Below are positions 32,200-44,506 of a DNA stretch of 64,000 nucleotides, piece after piece. Source of the DNA: an uncultured Herminiimonas sp. GTDB lineage: Bacteria > Pseudomonadota > Gammaproteobacteria > Burkholderiales > Burkholderiaceae_D. The stretch covers positions 267,413 to 331,412 of the forward strand of contig CAXBIF010000001.1 in the NCBI GenBank assembly GCA_963975775.1, read 5' to 3'. Below the pieces are notes generated by a model. The model saw nothing but the letters and a program-made list of their open reading frames with translations, was not told where the DNA came from and ran no database searches. The translations under genes and the position numbers were made by a program. The first letter of the stretch is position 1. The number at the start of each line of letters is the position of its first letter.

Positions 32200-32975
32200 T
32201 CGCTAATTTTTTACGTGCGATCGGTCAGCCGGTAAGAGTATGGCTAGACAATATTGGTTTTGCGACGCGTATTTTCTTTGCGATTTTGCGCGCCTCCGGC
32301 GGCTTGCTGCCTCGCTTTCGTTTAGTTAGCACGCAGATCCATTTCATTGGCAATTATTCACTGTTGCTGATTGCGGTGTCTGGGTTGTTTGTAGGCTTTG
32401 TGCTCGGCCTGCAAGGCTATTACACGTTGAATAAATACGGTTCTGAGCAGGCGTTAGGCTTGTTGGTGGCCTTGTCTTTAACCCGTGAGTTGGGGCCAGT
32501 TGTGACTGCGCTGCTGTTTGCAGGGCGCGCAGGGACCTCGCTAACTGCGGAAATTGGCTTGATGAAAGCCGGCGAGCAGTTGGCGGCGATGGAGATGATG
32601 GCCGTCAATCCACTGCAGCGGATTTTGGCGCCACGTTTCTGGGCTGGCGTCATTGCGATGCCATTGCTGGCTGCGATTTTTAGCGCCGTTGGCATTTTGG
32701 GCGGCTATATCGTCGGCGTGCAAATGATCGGTGTCGACGAGGGTGCATTTTGGTCGCAGATGCAGGGTGGCGTGGATGTGTGGAATGACATTCTGAACGG
32801 TGTGCTGAAAAGCGTCGTGTTTGGATTTGCAGTGACGTTTATCGCGTTGTATCAAGGGTATCAAGCGCAGCCTACGCCGGAGGGTGTGGCACGCGCAACG
32901 ACGCGCACTGTGGTGATGGCTTCGCTGACGGTGCTGGGGCTAGACTTTTTGTTGACGGCGCTGATGTTCAGTTAA
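32196..32975 (+). CDS. mlaE: Mla permease
   Basis: RELGPVVTALLFAGRAG, EQLAAMEMM. Confidence 0.97.
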   Translation: MIANFLRAIGQPVRVWLDNIGFATRIFFAILRASGGLLPRFRLVSTQIHFIGNYSLLLIAVSGLFVGFVLGLQGYYTLNKYGSEQALGLLVALSLTRELGPVVTALLFAGRAGTSLTAEIGLMKAGEQLAAMEMMAVNPLQRILAPRFWAGVIAMPLLAAIFSAVGILGGYIVGVQMIGVDEGAFWSQMQGGVDVWNDILNGVLKSVVFGFAVTFIALYQGYQAQPTPEGVARATTRTVVMASLTVLGLDFLLTALMFS

Positions 32976-33087
32976 AGCGGAATTGCTGCTTTTCAATTAA
33001 AATACGCGCGCCTACATGGTTGCACGGAGACGCAGGAGAGGTTGACGGAAAATTCATCCGCGCCTCTCATATTTGAGGGATCGGTTT

Positions 33088-33561
33088 ATGCAACGAAAAT
33101 CATTAGACTTGTGGGTTGGCTTGTTCGTGCTGTTAGGCGCGATCGCGCTGTTCTTTTTGGCGATGAAGGCCGGCAACATGAGCTCGCTGAGTTTCGGCAA
33201 GACCTATACAGTGATCACGCAATTCGACAATATCGGCGGGCTGAAGCCACGGGCGCCAGTTAAGAGCGCGGGCGTGGTAGTGGGACGGGTAGCAAATATT
33301 CAGTTTGACGACAAAAGCTTTCGCGCGGCAGTGGCGCTCGATATTGAAGCGCAGTACAAGTTCCCAAAAGATTCTTCCGCAAAAATTCTGACTTCAGGTC
33401 TACTTGGTGAGCAATACATAGGGTTAGAGCCAGGTGGTGATATGGATAATCTGGCAGCAGGCGACAAAATTACAATGACACAATCGGCGATGGTGTTGGA
33501 GAACCTGATTAGTCAGTTTCTTTTCAGCAAAGCAGCCGAAGGGAAAGAAGAGCAAAAATGA
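33088..33561 (+). CDS. mlaD: MCE domain protein
   Basis: FDNIGGLKPRAPVKSAGVVVGRV, TSGLLGEQY. Confidence 0.96.
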   Translation: MQRKSLDLWVGLFVLLGAIALFFLAMKAGNMSSLSFGKTYTVITQFDNIGGLKPRAPVKSAGVVVGRVANIQFDDKSFRAAVALDIEAQYKFPKDSSAKILTSGLLGEQYIGLEPGGDMDNLAAGDKITMTQSAMVLENLISQFLFSKAAEGKEEQK

Positions 33562-34283
33562 AAAACATGATGAAATCGATATTGCTGGCAAATATTTTGT
33601 TGCTGAGCGGCTGCGCCACTACCAATGGCGGTGAGGATAACAACGATCCGTTTGAGGGCTACAACCGCAGCATGTTCCAATTTAACGACGCAGTTGACAG
33701 CGCGGTATTAAAGCCGGTAGCAACTGCGTATAAGGACACGCTGCCATCCTTTGTGCAGACTGGCATCAGCAACTTTTTTGGCAATATCGGCGATGTCTGG
33801 ACCATGGTTAACAATCTGTTACAAGGTAAAGTGGAACACGGTTTGAACGACATGATGCGGGTTGCGGTCAACAGTACGATGGGATTCGCTGGGGTACTTG
33901 ATATTGCGTCAGAAGCCGGTTTGCAAAAGCACAAGGAAGATTTCGGTCAGACCTTGGGCAAATGGGGTGTGGATTCAGGCCCATATTTTGTGTTGCCGAT
34001 TTTTGGCCCATCAACGATACGTGATACGGCAGCCTTCCCAGTGGATGTATATGGCGATCTGTGGACCTATACGACACCTGTCAGCGTGCGCAACACCGGA
34101 ACGGTAGTCAGAATAATAGACAAGCGTTCGCAACTGTTGGGGGCGAGTAATTTGTTGGAAGACGTCGCATTAGATCGTTATGTTTTTGTGCGTAGTGCTT
34201 ATCTGCAAAGTCGTGCAAACGATGTGCGTGATGGTGCCGGCTCGGAGCAAGACACTAAGAAGCCTATCAACCTTGCCCCGTAA
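33558..34283 (+). CDS. mlaA: VacJ/MlaA lipoprotein
   Basis: Lipobox LSGC, DPFEGYNR, EDFGQTLG, LPIFGPST. Confidence 0.96.
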   Translation: MKNMMKSILLANILLLSGCATTNGGEDNNDPFEGYNRSMFQFNDAVDSAVLKPVATAYKDTLPSFVQTGISNFFGNIGDVWTMVNNLLQGKVEHGLNDMMRVAVNSTMGFAGVLDIASEAGLQKHKEDFGQTLGKWGVDSGPYFVLPIFGPSTIRDTAAFPVDVYGDLWTYTTPVSVRNTGTVVRIIDKRSQLLGASNLLEDVALDRYVFVRSAYLQSRANDVRDGAGSEQDTKKPINLAP

Positions 34284-34383
34284 GGGTCTGCACTATTCTT
34301 TGATTGTTGTGCAGCACAGTGTCCTTGCTGGGTAGCATCAAAAGAAATAGTTACCGCAAGGTAGAAAAACGAATTGGAGAAAC

Positions 34384-35037
34384 ATGAATATCTTAAAGAA
34401 AATTATATGGACGACGGTCGCGGGTTGTACGCTGATGATGGCGACGGCTGCGACGGCGCAAACGCAAGAAGCGCCTGATGTATTGATCAAGCGCATTAGT
34501 GAAGATGTGATGGCAACCGCGAAAGCGGACAAAGCAATTAATAGCGGTGATGCACATCGCGTGCAGCAAATCGTGGAAGAAAAAATTCTGCCTTACGTTG
34601 ATTTCCAACGCACGACAATGTTGGCAACCGGTCGGTATTGGCGTGATGCGAGCGCTGAACAGAAAAAGCGTTTGACCGAAGAGTTCCGTTCTTTGCTGGT
34701 CTACACCTACGCTGGCGCAATTGCGCAAATCAAGGATCAACAACTTGAATATAAGCCTTTACGTGCGGACCCCGCAGATACTGAGGTGATCGTGCATACA
34801 CAAGTGATACAGCCGCGCGGCACACCGATCCAGCTTAGCTATCGTTTAGAAAAAAAAGAATCAGGCTGGAAGATTTACGACGTGAATGTACTCGGCGCAT
34901 GGTTGGTACAAGCGTATAAAGACAGCTTCGCGAGTGAGATTGGCAAGTCGGGGATTGATGGTTTGATCAAAACCTTGACAGAAAAAAACAAAAAGCTGGC
35001 AGTTAGTTTTGCTCAAAAAGTTAAAGAAGCGTCGTAA
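34384..35037 (+). CDS. mlaC: Periplasmic phospholipid shuttle
   Basis: Signal peptide, WKIYDVNVLGAWLV, GIDGLI. Confidence 0.95.
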   Translation: MNILKKIIWTTVAGCTLMMATAATAQTQEAPDVLIKRISEDVMATAKADKAINSGDAHRVQQIVEEKILPYVDFQRTTMLATGRYWRDASAEQKKRLTEEFRSLLVYTYAGAIAQIKDQQLEYKPLRADPADTEVIVHTQVIQPRGTPIQLSYRLEKKESGWKIYDVNVLGAWLVQAYKDSFASEIGKSGIDGLIKTLTEKNKKLAVSFAQKVKEAS

Positions 35038-35041
35038 CAGG

Positions 35042-35332
35042 ATGTTTGAAGTCGGTAGATCACTCACCTTTGATAATGCAAACTCGCATGTAGATGCGGG
35101 TTTGCGCGCAATTCAACAAGGTGAGACGGCGTTCGACTTTGCTGCGGTGACTACCGTGGACTCTTCTGCGGTAGCGACTATGTTAGCTTGGCAACGCGCT
35201 GCGCGCGGTACCGGAAAAGCGCTAGCGTTTTCCAGTGTGCCAGCTAATCTTGGCAGTTTGATTTCACTGTACGACACCGCGGATTTGCTGGTGACCTCCT
35301 CTGCTACTGATTCAGCGCCCTCCGTTACTTAG
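35042..35332 (+). CDS. mlaB: STAS domain protein
   Basis: VDSSAVATML STAS motif; last gene of the mla cluster. Confidence 0.88.
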   Translation: MFEVGRSLTFDNANSHVDAGLRAIQQGETAFDFAAVTTVDSSAVATMLAWQRAARGTGKALAFSSVPANLGSLISLYDTADLLVTSSATDSAPSVT

Positions 35333-35569
35333 CTTTTATCCAGCTCGCATCACCTCCTCAAATCGTCTGCATCAGCAAGATACAAATCTATCGCATCATC
35401 AAAGGTCGGCATTTGGGGATGATGTCGGTGACGATCTGACTGGCCGGGTATTTGGTCGGTCAAGGCGTTCCACTAAGAAAATCTGAAAATCCAATATAAT
35501 CAAAGGTTCCGCCGTCGATACAGGGTTGCTGATCGACGGCAGCTTATTTTGTAAAGTGTCTTAGCCACC

Positions 35570-36481
35570 ATGGCTGCAATTCAAATTACGCAAGTTGAAA
35601 AGAGTTATCGCTCGTTACAAGCGCTGAAAGGCGTGTCGCTGGCGATAGAAGAGGGCGAATTTTTCGGCCTGCTGGGGCCCAACGGCGCCGGTAAAACCAC
35701 GTTGATTTCTATCATTGCGGGTTTGAATCGCGCGGATATTGGCGAGGTTTCGATACTCGGGCACGATGTCGTCACTGACTATAGGCAGGCGCGCAAGCTA
35801 CTCGGCGTGGTGCCGCAAGAGTTGGTGTTCGACCCTTTCTTTTCCGTGCGCGAAACGTTGCGGCTGCAGTCTGGTTACTTCGGCTTAAAAAATAACGATG
35901 CATGGATAGATGAAGTGATGCATCACCTAGATTTGACCGATAAAGCGGACGCCAATATGCGCACCTTATCGGGTGGTATGAAGCGTCGAGTATTGGTAGC
36001 GCAGGCCTTAGTACATAAACCGCCGGTGATTGTTCTAGATGAGCCAACTGCGGGTGTCGATGTTGAGTTGCGTCAGACCTTATGGAAGTTTGTCGCCAAA
36101 CTAAATCGCGAGGGGCATACCGTTGTTTTGACCACTCACTATTTGGAAGAGGCCCAAGCGCTGTGTAACCGAGTGGCGATGTTGAAGGCAGGCGAAATCG
36201 TCGCCTTGGATACAACCTCAAGTTTAGTTAAACGTATTTCTGGCTCGCAGCTAGTAGTACGTTTGACGTCTGGAGTTTTGCCGGATGAATTGAGGCCGCT
36301 CGTTTCGCATCCAGATGAACTTTTAAGTGGCAAGCAATACACCTTGCGGGTGACCGACTATGCTGAGGTAGAACCGATCTTGGCAAAACTCCGTACCTCG
36401 GGCGCGATCATCGATGAGATGCATTTGCAACAGGCGGATCTGGAAGACGTGTTTATTCAGATTATGGGGGCGGGGAAATGA
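35570..36481 (+). CDS. ABC-2 transporter ATP-binding protein (YadG-like)
   Basis: [25 protein letters not shown]. Confidence 0.92.
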   Translation: MAAIQITQVEKSYRSLQALKGVSLAIEEGEFFGLLGPNGAGKTTLISIIAGLNRADIGEVSILGHDVVTDYRQARKLLGVVPQELVFDPFFSVRETLRLQSGYFGLKNNDAWIDEVMHHLDLTDKADANMRTLSGGMKRRVLVAQALVHKPPVIVLDEPTAGVDVELRQTLWKFVAKLNREGHTVVLTTHYLEEAQALCNRVAMLKAGEIVALDTTSSLVKRISGSQLVVRLTSGVLPDELRPLVSHPDELLSGKQYTLRVTDYAEVEPILAKLRTSGAIIDEMHLQQADLEDVFIQIMGAGK

Positions 36482-37233
36482 TCGGCTTTCAGACGCTGTT
36501 TTATAAAGAAGTTTTACGCTTTTGGAAGGTCGCGACCCAAACCATCGCCGCACCAATCTTGACCGCGATCCTGTATTTGCTGATCTTCGGCCATGTGCTG
36601 GAAGATCGAGTGCAAGTTTATCCAGGCGTGAAATACACGGCATTTTTAGTGCCGGGTTTGGTTATGATGAGTGTGCTGCAAAATTCATTCGCCAACTCGT
36701 CGTCATCGTTGATACAGTCTAAGATCACAGGCAATTTGGTGTTTGTGTTGTTGCCACCGTTATCGCATTGGGAATTGTTCGGTGCGTATGTTGGTGCTGC
36801 ACTGGTACGCGGGGTCGCAGTAGGCAGCGGCGTATTCTTGGCTACTGCGTGGTTCACGCATATGAGTTTTGTGGCGCCGTGGTGGATCATTATTTTTGCG
36901 TTGTTAGGTTCGTTGATACTCGGCACGATGGGTTTAATCGCCGGTATATGGGCGGATAAATTTGATCAGTTGGCCGCGTTTCAAAACTTTTTGATCATGC
37001 CCGCGACATTTTTATCTGGTGTGTTTTACTCTGTACATTCGTTGCCACCGATTTGGCAAACGGTTTCGCATTTCAATCCATTCTTCTACATGATCGATGG
37101 ATTTCGTTATGGTTTTTTCGGGCAGTCAGATATCAATCCGTTGACAAGTTGCGCGGTGGTTTTAGCTTTTCTCGCGATATTGGTTGGCTTGGCGATCAGG
37201 CTATTAAAGAGCGGGTATAAATTACGACACTAA
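36478..37233 (+). CDS. ABC-2 permease (YadH-like)
   Basis: FLVPGL, FLSGVFYS, NPFFYMIDGFRYGF. Confidence 0.92.
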   Translation: MIGFQTLFYKEVLRFWKVATQTIAAPILTAILYLLIFGHVLEDRVQVYPGVKYTAFLVPGLVMMSVLQNSFANSSSSLIQSKITGNLVFVLLPPLSHWELFGAYVGAALVRGVAVGSGVFLATAWFTHMSFVAPWWIIIFALLGSLILGTMGLIAGIWADKFDQLAAFQNFLIMPATFLSGVFYSVHSLPPIWQTVSHFNPFFYMIDGFRYGFFGQSDINPLTSCAVVLAFLAILVGLAIRLLKSGYKLRH

Positions 37234-37350
37234 GTTATGACGCAAAGTTACAGCACGAATTTTCGCCGATAAGCGGCGGTACTAAACCATCTTCGCTATC
37301 AGTTAGAAGCTGACGCATTAAAAGCTAATAAATTATTACAAGGTCTTATC

Positions 37351-37587
37351 ATGTTACCTACTCCAGAATTAGTTAAAGAATATATTGCTGCGGGCATGAA
37401 GTGTTCGCACCTTGAAGTGGAAGGCGACGGTTCGCATTTCAATGCGGTAATCGTCTCCAATGAGTTTGAAGGCAAGCGTTTGATTCAGCGCCATCAGTTG
37501 GTTTATGCTGCTTTAGGTGATCGTATGCGCGAGGAGATTCACGCATTATCGATGAAGACGCTGACGCCAGAAGAGTTCGCAAAATAA
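37351..37587 (+). CDS. BolA/IbaG family protein
   Basis: GDGSHF, QRHQLVY, EIHALS. Confidence 0.93.
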   Translation: MLPTPELVKEYIAAGMKCSHLEVEGDGSHFNAVIVSNEFEGKRLIQRHQLVYAALGDRMREEIHALSMKTLTPEEFAK

Positions 37588-37683
37588 GTCGGCGTGTTAT
37601 TGCAGCAAAGGCGCGAGAGGCTGTATGCGAAATGCGTAATTTTTACTTGCGTAAAATGGCTAATGGTTAGCACCTTAGTAAAT

Positions 37684-37730
37684 ATTGAGCGGTTTATTAA
37701 ATAACCCCCTTATTTAATAAACGGCTCAAT
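37684..37730. repeat. 47-bp near-perfect inverted repeat upstream of murA
   Basis: ATTGAGCGGTTTATTAAATAA-CCCCC-TTATTTAATAAACGGCTCAAT (20/21 paired). Confidence 0.85.
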
Positions 37731-37736
37731 GAATAA

Positions 37737-39011
<1,275 letters not shown>

Positions 39012-39020
39012 CAAATAATC

Positions 39021-39725
39021 ATGACAAATAATCTGAATGGCCAAAACAGTAATCAGGGCAGCATTGCAAACAATGCGCAGCAACTGACGTTGGCCTTGTC
39101 GAAAGGTAGAATTTTCGAAGAGACCTTGCCGCTGCTGGAAGCTGCCGGTATCAAGGTGATGGAAAATCCCGAGACCTCGCGCAAATTGATTTTGCCGACC
39201 AACGATCCCGATGTGCGCGTCATTGTTGTGCGCGCTTCCGATGTGCCAACCTATGTTCAATATGGTGCTGCTGATTTTGGCGTAGCGGGGAAAGATGTGT
39301 TGCTTGAGCATGGTGGCGAAAGTCTATATCAGCCTATCGATTTGAACATCGCAAAATGCAGGATGTCGGTCGCAGTGCGCGACGGTTTTGATTACGCCAG
39401 CGCCGTGCGTCAAGGTGCTCGTTTGCGCGTGGTGACCAAATATGTGCAAACCGCGCGCGAACATTTTGCCGCCAAGGGCGTGCATGTGGATTTGATCAAA
39501 CTGTATGGCTCGATGGAGTTGGGCCCATTGGTTGGCTTGGCTGATGCGATTGTTGATCTGGTCAGCACCGGCAGCACCTTGCGCGCCAATCATCTGGTGG
39601 AAGTCGAACAGATTATGGAAATTTCATCGCGTCTGGTTGTCAATCAGGCTGCCTTGAAATTGAAACGTGAGCGCTTACTGCCGATACTCGCTGCGTTTGA
39701 AAAAGCGTCGCAAGCATTGGCCTGA
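39021..39725 (+). CDS. hisG: ATP phosphoribosyltransferase, short form
   Basis: [22 protein letters not shown]; no C-terminal regulatory domain. Confidence 0.97.
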   Translation: MTNNLNGQNSNQGSIANNAQQLTLALSKGRIFEETLPLLEAAGIKVMENPETSRKLILPTNDPDVRVIVVRASDVPTYVQYGAADFGVAGKDVLLEHGGESLYQPIDLNIAKCRMSVAVRDGFDYASAVRQGARLRVVTKYVQTAREHFAAKGVHVDLIKLYGSMELGPLVGLADAIVDLVSTGSTLRANHLVEVEQIMEISSRLVVNQAALKLKRERLLPILAAFEKASQALA

Positions 39726-39815
39726 TCAAAACGATACCTGCGATTTAGCTGACTGCATTTGCCTTATAAATCGGGCATTTCAGAGAAATACTCTTTAAGT
39801 GATTTGAGAAAAACG

Positions 39816-41129
39816 ATGTCCATACACATTCGAAAATTTGACTCCACGCATCCGGACTTCAAACAGCAGCTTGCTGATGTGCTGGCATTTGAGGCGAGTG
39901 AAGATCAGGCCATCGATCAAGCGGTGTTGCGGATACTCGATGATGTCAGAACACGTGGCGACGTCGCTGTGCTGGAATATACAAAGCAATTCGATCAAGT
40001 GGACGCGGCTGACATGACGGCGTTGGAAATTGGTCGTGATGCATTGCAGGCGGCGCTGGAGCAATTGTCGCCGGTACGTCGGGCCGCATTGCAAACTGCC
40101 GCTGATCGCGTGCGCTTGTATCACGAGCGGCAGAAGCAAGAAATTGGCTCCGAAGGTTTTAGCTATACCGAAGCCGACGGCACTGTGTTGGGGCAAAAAG
40201 TGACGCCGCTGGATAGAGTCGGCATTTATGTTCCCGGTGGCAAGGCCGCTTATCCCTCATCGGTATTGATGAATGCGATTCCAGCCAAGGTCGCAGGCGT
40301 GCAAGAAGTCATCATGGTGGTGCCAACGCCGAATGGCGTACAAAATGAGTTGGTGCTGGCAGCAGCGGCGATGTCTGGCGTTGATCGCGTATTTACTATC
40401 GGTGGCGCGCAGGCGGTGGCGGCACTTGCTTATGGCACCGCAACGATTCCGCAAGTCGACAAGATTGTCGGCCCTGGCAATGCTTATGTGGCGGCCGCCA
40501 AGCGTCGCGTGTTTGGTACTGTCGGCATCGACATGATCGCCGGCCCATCCGAAATTTTGGTGGTCTGTGACGGCACCACCAATCCCGATTGGATCGCGAT
40601 GGATTTGTTTTCGCAAGCCGAGCACGACGAGTTGGCACAATCGATCTTGATCTGCCCAGATGCAGCGTACCTGGATGCGGTCGCTGCGAGCGTGATCCGT
40701 CAACTGGGTGAGATGCCACGTAAAGAAGTCATCACCGCTTCGCTGACTAATCGTGGCGCGATGATCAAGGTGCGTGATATGGATGAGGCCTGCGAGATTG
40801 CTAATTTGATCGCCGCCGAACATCTGGAAATTTCGACCGAAAATCCACAGCAATGGGCCGACAAGATTCGGCATGCTGGTGCGATGTTCCTCGGCCGTTT
40901 TTCTTCGGAGTCCTTGGGCGATTACTGCGCTGGGCCTAACCATGTGTTGCCGACTTCGCGCACTGCACGTTTTTCATCGCCGCTCGGCGTTTATGATTTC
41001 CAGAAACGTTCTAGCATGTTGCAAGTGAGCGAAGCAGGTGCGCACACGCTTGGCAAAGTTGCGGCGGAGCTTGCCTATGGTGAGGGTTTGCAGGCGCATG
41101 CACGCTCGGCAGAGTATAGATTTAAATGA
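39816..41129 (+). CDS. hisD: Histidinol dehydrogenase
   Basis: [33 protein letters not shown]; start placed at ATG 39816. Confidence 0.98.
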   Translation: MSIHIRKFDSTHPDFKQQLADVLAFEASEDQAIDQAVLRILDDVRTRGDVAVLEYTKQFDQVDAADMTALEIGRDALQAALEQLSPVRRAALQTAADRVRLYHERQKQEIGSEGFSYTEADGTVLGQKVTPLDRVGIYVPGGKAAYPSSVLMNAIPAKVAGVQEVIMVVPTPNGVQNELVLAAAAMSGVDRVFTIGGAQAVAALAYGTATIPQVDKIVGPGNAYVAAAKRRVFGTVGIDMIAGPSEILVVCDGTTNPDWIAMDLFSQAEHDELAQSILICPDAAYLDAVAASVIRQLGEMPRKEVITASLTNRGAMIKVRDMDEACEIANLIAAEHLEISTENPQQWADKIRHAGAMFLGRFSSESLGDYCAGPNHVLPTSRTARFSSPLGVYDFQKRSSMLQVSEAGAHTLGKVAAELAYGEGLQAHARSAEYRFK

Positions 41130-41241
41130 GTCGACTCAAATGTAGTGGTTGCAATGTCGCCTGAAGTAATGGCGTTATTGACGTTGCCTGCAACGACAAT
41201 CGCAACTGTAAAACCAGCGGCAAGATCATAATGGGATCGCG

Positions 41242-42009
41242 ATGAGCGACTGGAAAGATCGTGTGTTTTGTGAAGATGCGCTAGCTGGTCTGGCACGTAT
41301 TCCCGATGGTACGGTTGATCTCATCATCGCCGATCCGCCATATGGTTTGGGCAAAGATTACGGTAATAATTCCGACAAGCTGGATGCCGACGCCTATCTG
41401 CAATGGATGGAGCAATGGATAGACGCCGCGCTATCCAAGTTGAAATCGAATGGCAGTCTGTATATTTTTCTGACCTGGCGTTATTCGCCGGAAGTATTTG
41501 TCATGCTGAAAAAACGCATGATCATGTTGAACGAAATTATCTGGGACCGACGTGTGCCGTCTATGGGTGGTAGTACACGTCGATATTCTTCGGTACACGA
41601 TACGGTCGGTTTTTTTGCGCGAGATAAAAATCATTATTTCGATCTGGATGCGGTGCGTGTTCCTTATGATGCCGTTACCAAAAAAGCGCGCTCACGCTCT
41701 ATCTTTGTCGGTGCCAAGTGGCTGGAGCTAGGCTACAACCCGAAAGATGTATGGAGTGTTTCGCGCTTGCATAAGGAGCATCGCGAGCGCGCTGATCATC
41801 CTACGCAAAAACCGCTGGAAATCATCGCCCGCATGATCAAGGCATCCTGCCCGCTGGGCGGCGTGGTTCTTGATCCGTTTATGGGTAGTGGTACGACCGC
41901 GGTGGCGGCTAAGCAATGCGGGCGACATTTCGTTGGGTTTGAGTTGAATGCCGAATATTGTGCATTAATTGCAAAGCGTCTGGCTCTGTTGGAGCAAACG
42001 GTGCCATGA
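41242..42009 (+). CDS. Orphan beta-class amino-DNA methyltransferase (N6/N4)
   Basis: DPPY motif IV precedes HPTQKP and DPFMGSGTT motif I. Confidence 0.93.
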   Translation: MSDWKDRVFCEDALAGLARIPDGTVDLIIADPPYGLGKDYGNNSDKLDADAYLQWMEQWIDAALSKLKSNGSLYIFLTWRYSPEVFVMLKKRMIMLNEIIWDRRVPSMGGSTRRYSSVHDTVGFFARDKNHYFDLDAVRVPYDAVTKKARSRSIFVGAKWLELGYNPKDVWSVSRLHKEHRERADHPTQKPLEIIARMIKASCPLGGVVLDPFMGSGTTAVAAKQCGRHFVGFELNAEYCALIAKRLALLEQTVP

Positions 42010-42230
42010 CGATTTCGCAGAAACCTGCCAAAAATGCGATGATGTCTTGAATTCGTCCGCATAAGCCAGAGAACAGGCTGAAAATGTGGGTAAAATGAGG
42101 TATTGGTGGAAAAGCACGGATTCACCCTCATTTAGTTTAGTGTGTTATTCCCATAGCAGCGGGCGGTGCTCCGCGCCGTGCTTGTTTTGTATTTATTTAG
42201 TTCTCATTTCGCATTCAATTTTAAATCGCC

Positions 42231-42827
42231 ATGTCTACGCCTCGTACTGCAGAAATCACGCGCAACACTAATGAAACGCAAATCCGCGTTGCCATCAATA
42301 TCGATGGGAGCGGTAAGCAAACGCTGAACACTGGCGTACCGTTTCTCGACCACATGCTGGATCAGATTGCGCGTCATGGACTGATTGATCTGGAAATTGA
42401 AGCCAAAGGCGATTTGCATATCGATGCGCACCACACGGTGGAAGATGTCGGTATTACGCTGGGTCAGGCTTTTGCCAAGGCGATGGGCGACAAAAAGGGC
42501 ATCCGTCGTTACGGTCATGCTTATGTGCCGTTGGACGAGGCGTTGTCGCGTGTCGTGATCGATTTTTCCGGGCGTCCAGGTTTGGAATTTCATGTGCCGT
42601 TCAAGCGCTCGATGATCGGTGGTTTTGATGTCGATCTGACGCACGAGTTTTTTCAGGGCTTCGTCAATCACGCGCTGGTCTCGCTGCATATCGACAATCT
42701 GCGCGGCGAAAACGCGCATCACCAATGTGAAACCGTGTTCAAGGCGTTTGGTCGTGCCTTGCGCATGGCAGCTGAGCTCGATGCACGCGCGGCTGGCACG
42801 ATTCCTTCTACCAAAGGTAGTCTGTAA
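42231..42827 (+). CDS. hisB: Imidazoleglycerol-phosphate dehydratase
   Basis: HHTVED and NAHHQCE motifs. Confidence 0.98.
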   Translation: MSTPRTAEITRNTNETQIRVAINIDGSGKQTLNTGVPFLDHMLDQIARHGLIDLEIEAKGDLHIDAHHTVEDVGITLGQAFAKAMGDKKGIRRYGHAYVPLDEALSRVVIDFSGRPGLEFHVPFKRSMIGGFDVDLTHEFFQGFVNHALVSLHIDNLRGENAHHQCETVFKAFGRALRMAAELDARAAGTIPSTKGSL

Positions 42828-42905
42828 TTTGCATATCGGACGTGTGTGCGTACCACCGCAAGGTTGCGTGCACGCTCTCAACTCACTGAATTCTGAAGTA
42901 CCGGC

Positions 42906-43544
42906 ATGAACAAAATAGTAGTAGTGGATTACGGCATGGGCAATCTGCGGTCAGTCGCGCAGGCATTGCGACAGGTCGCGCCGGAAGCAGATGTGCGTAT
43001 TTCTGGTGAGTTGGCTGATATCCACGCTGCCGATAGACTAGTATTGCCGGGACAAGGCGCCATGCCAGATTGCATGCGCTCACTACGCGACTCTGGTTTG
43101 CAAGATGCGGTACTTACTGCGGCGCGCAATAAACCTTTATTTGGCGTCTGTGTCGGCGAGCAATTAATGCTGGACTGGAGCGAAGAGGGCGATACGCCAG
43201 GGCTGGGTCTGTTTCCCGGCAAGGTTGTTAAATTTCGCTTCGATCAGCAATTACAGGAAGATGGTTCACGCTTCAAGGTCCCGCAAATGGGTTGGAACTG
43301 CGTGCATCAATCCGTGTCTCATCCGCTGTGGGACGGCATTCTCGACAATAGCTATTTCTACTTTGTGCATAGTTACTATGCGGTTCCGCAGAATCAGGCG
43401 CACGTCGTAGGGGAAACACCTTATGGCGCACCATTTTGTAGTGCGATTGCGCGTGATAATATTTTCGCGACGCAGTTTCATCCGGAAAAAAGCGCCCATG
43501 CCGGTTTGCAACTGTACAAAAATTTTGTTCATTGGAATCCTTGA
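42906..43544 (+). CDS. hisH: Imidazole glycerol phosphate synthase amidotransferase
   Basis: DYGMGNL, GVCVG, QFHPEKS. Confidence 0.98.
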   Translation: MNKIVVVDYGMGNLRSVAQALRQVAPEADVRISGELADIHAADRLVLPGQGAMPDCMRSLRDSGLQDAVLTAARNKPLFGVCVGEQLMLDWSEEGDTPGLGLFPGKVVKFRFDQQLQEDGSRFKVPQMGWNCVHQSVSHPLWDGILDNSYFYFVHSYYAVPQNQAHVVGETPYGAPFCSAIARDNIFATQFHPEKSAHAGLQLYKNFVHWNP

Positions 43545-43663
43545 GTGTTTGTTCAGTATTGACTCAGATTTATTCAAAAGTTATTCAGCGTTTATTTAGT
43601 ATCGATTGCGTGTTTACCTAACCAGCGTCATTTTCCTTACCTCTCAACATTTCAACTGTACCC

Positions 43664-44506
43664 ATGCTGCTCATACCTGCCATCGACCTCAAAGACGGTC
43701 ACTGCGTGCGCCTGAAACAAGGCGATATGGACCAAGCCACTGTTTTCTCTGATGACCCCGCTGCGATGGCGCGTCATTGGCTGATGCAAGGTGCGCGACG
43801 CCTGCATCTGGTTGACTTGAACGGCGCATTCGCTGGCAAGCCAAAAAACGAGCAAGCGGTTAAATCGATATTGCAAGCAGTACGTGATTTTGCCGATGAA
43901 AACGAGATTGAAGAAATTCCAGTGCAATTGGGTGGCGGTATTCGCGATCTCGATACCATCGAGCGCTATCTTGATAGCGGTTTGAGCTACGTCATCATCG
44001 GGACCGCGGCGGTCAAAAGTCCAGGATTTTTGCATGATGCTTGTAGCGCGTTTCCGGGACAAATCATTGTCGGTCTGGATGCGAAAGACGGCAAAGTTGC
44101 AACCGATGGCTGGAGTAAATTAAGCGGCCACGAAGTGATTGATCTGGCGAAAAAATTCGAGGATTATGGTTGCGAGTCCATCATCTATACCGACATCGGC
44201 CGCGACGGCATGATGGGAGGTGTCAATATCGAGGCCACCGTCAAACTGGCGCAGAGTATGACAATTCCAGTGATTGCCTCGGGTGGTGTGCATAGCATCA
44301 AGGATGTTGAAGCTTTGTGCGCAGTGCAGGATGAAGGTGTCGAAGGTGTGATCTGTGGTCGTTCGATTTACGAAGGCACACTGGATTTGTTGTCGGCACA
44401 AGAGCGTGCTGATGAGTTGAGTGGTGAGTTTGATGACGCCGCGATCGATACAGATGATGGCGCCAAACATAAGCTCGGCGATGGCTTGCCGAAAGAGAAA
44501 GAATGA
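43664..44506 (+). CDS. hisA: ProFAR isomerase
   Basis: [24 protein letters not shown]. Confidence 0.97.
   Translation: MLLIPAIDLKDGHCVRLKQGDMDQATVFSDDPAAMARHWLMQGARRLHLVDLNGAFAGKPKNEQAVKSILQAVRDFADENEIEEIPVQLGGGIRDLDTIERYLDSGLSYVIIGTAAVKSPGFLHDACSAFPGQIIVGLDAKDGKVATDGWSKLSGHEVIDLAKKFEDYGCESIIYTDIGRDGMMGGVNIEATVKLAQSMTIPVIASGGVHSIKDVEALCAVQDEGVEGVICGRSIYEGTLDLLSAQERADELSGEFDDAAIDTDDGAKHKLGDGLPKEKE

Noticed and set aside
37694-37721. Xer/dif-like site within the murA hairpin
   Set aside because: The centre is 5 bp rather than 6 bp, and the arms are symmetric and match XerC/XerD consensus poorly.
41242-42230. Restriction-modification system
   Set aside because: No endonuclease ORF beside the methyltransferase; the flanks are short non-coding gaps.
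44420-44506. Acidic C-terminal extension of HisA
   Set aside because: Short low-complexity tail overlapping the hisF start; no evidence of a separate function.
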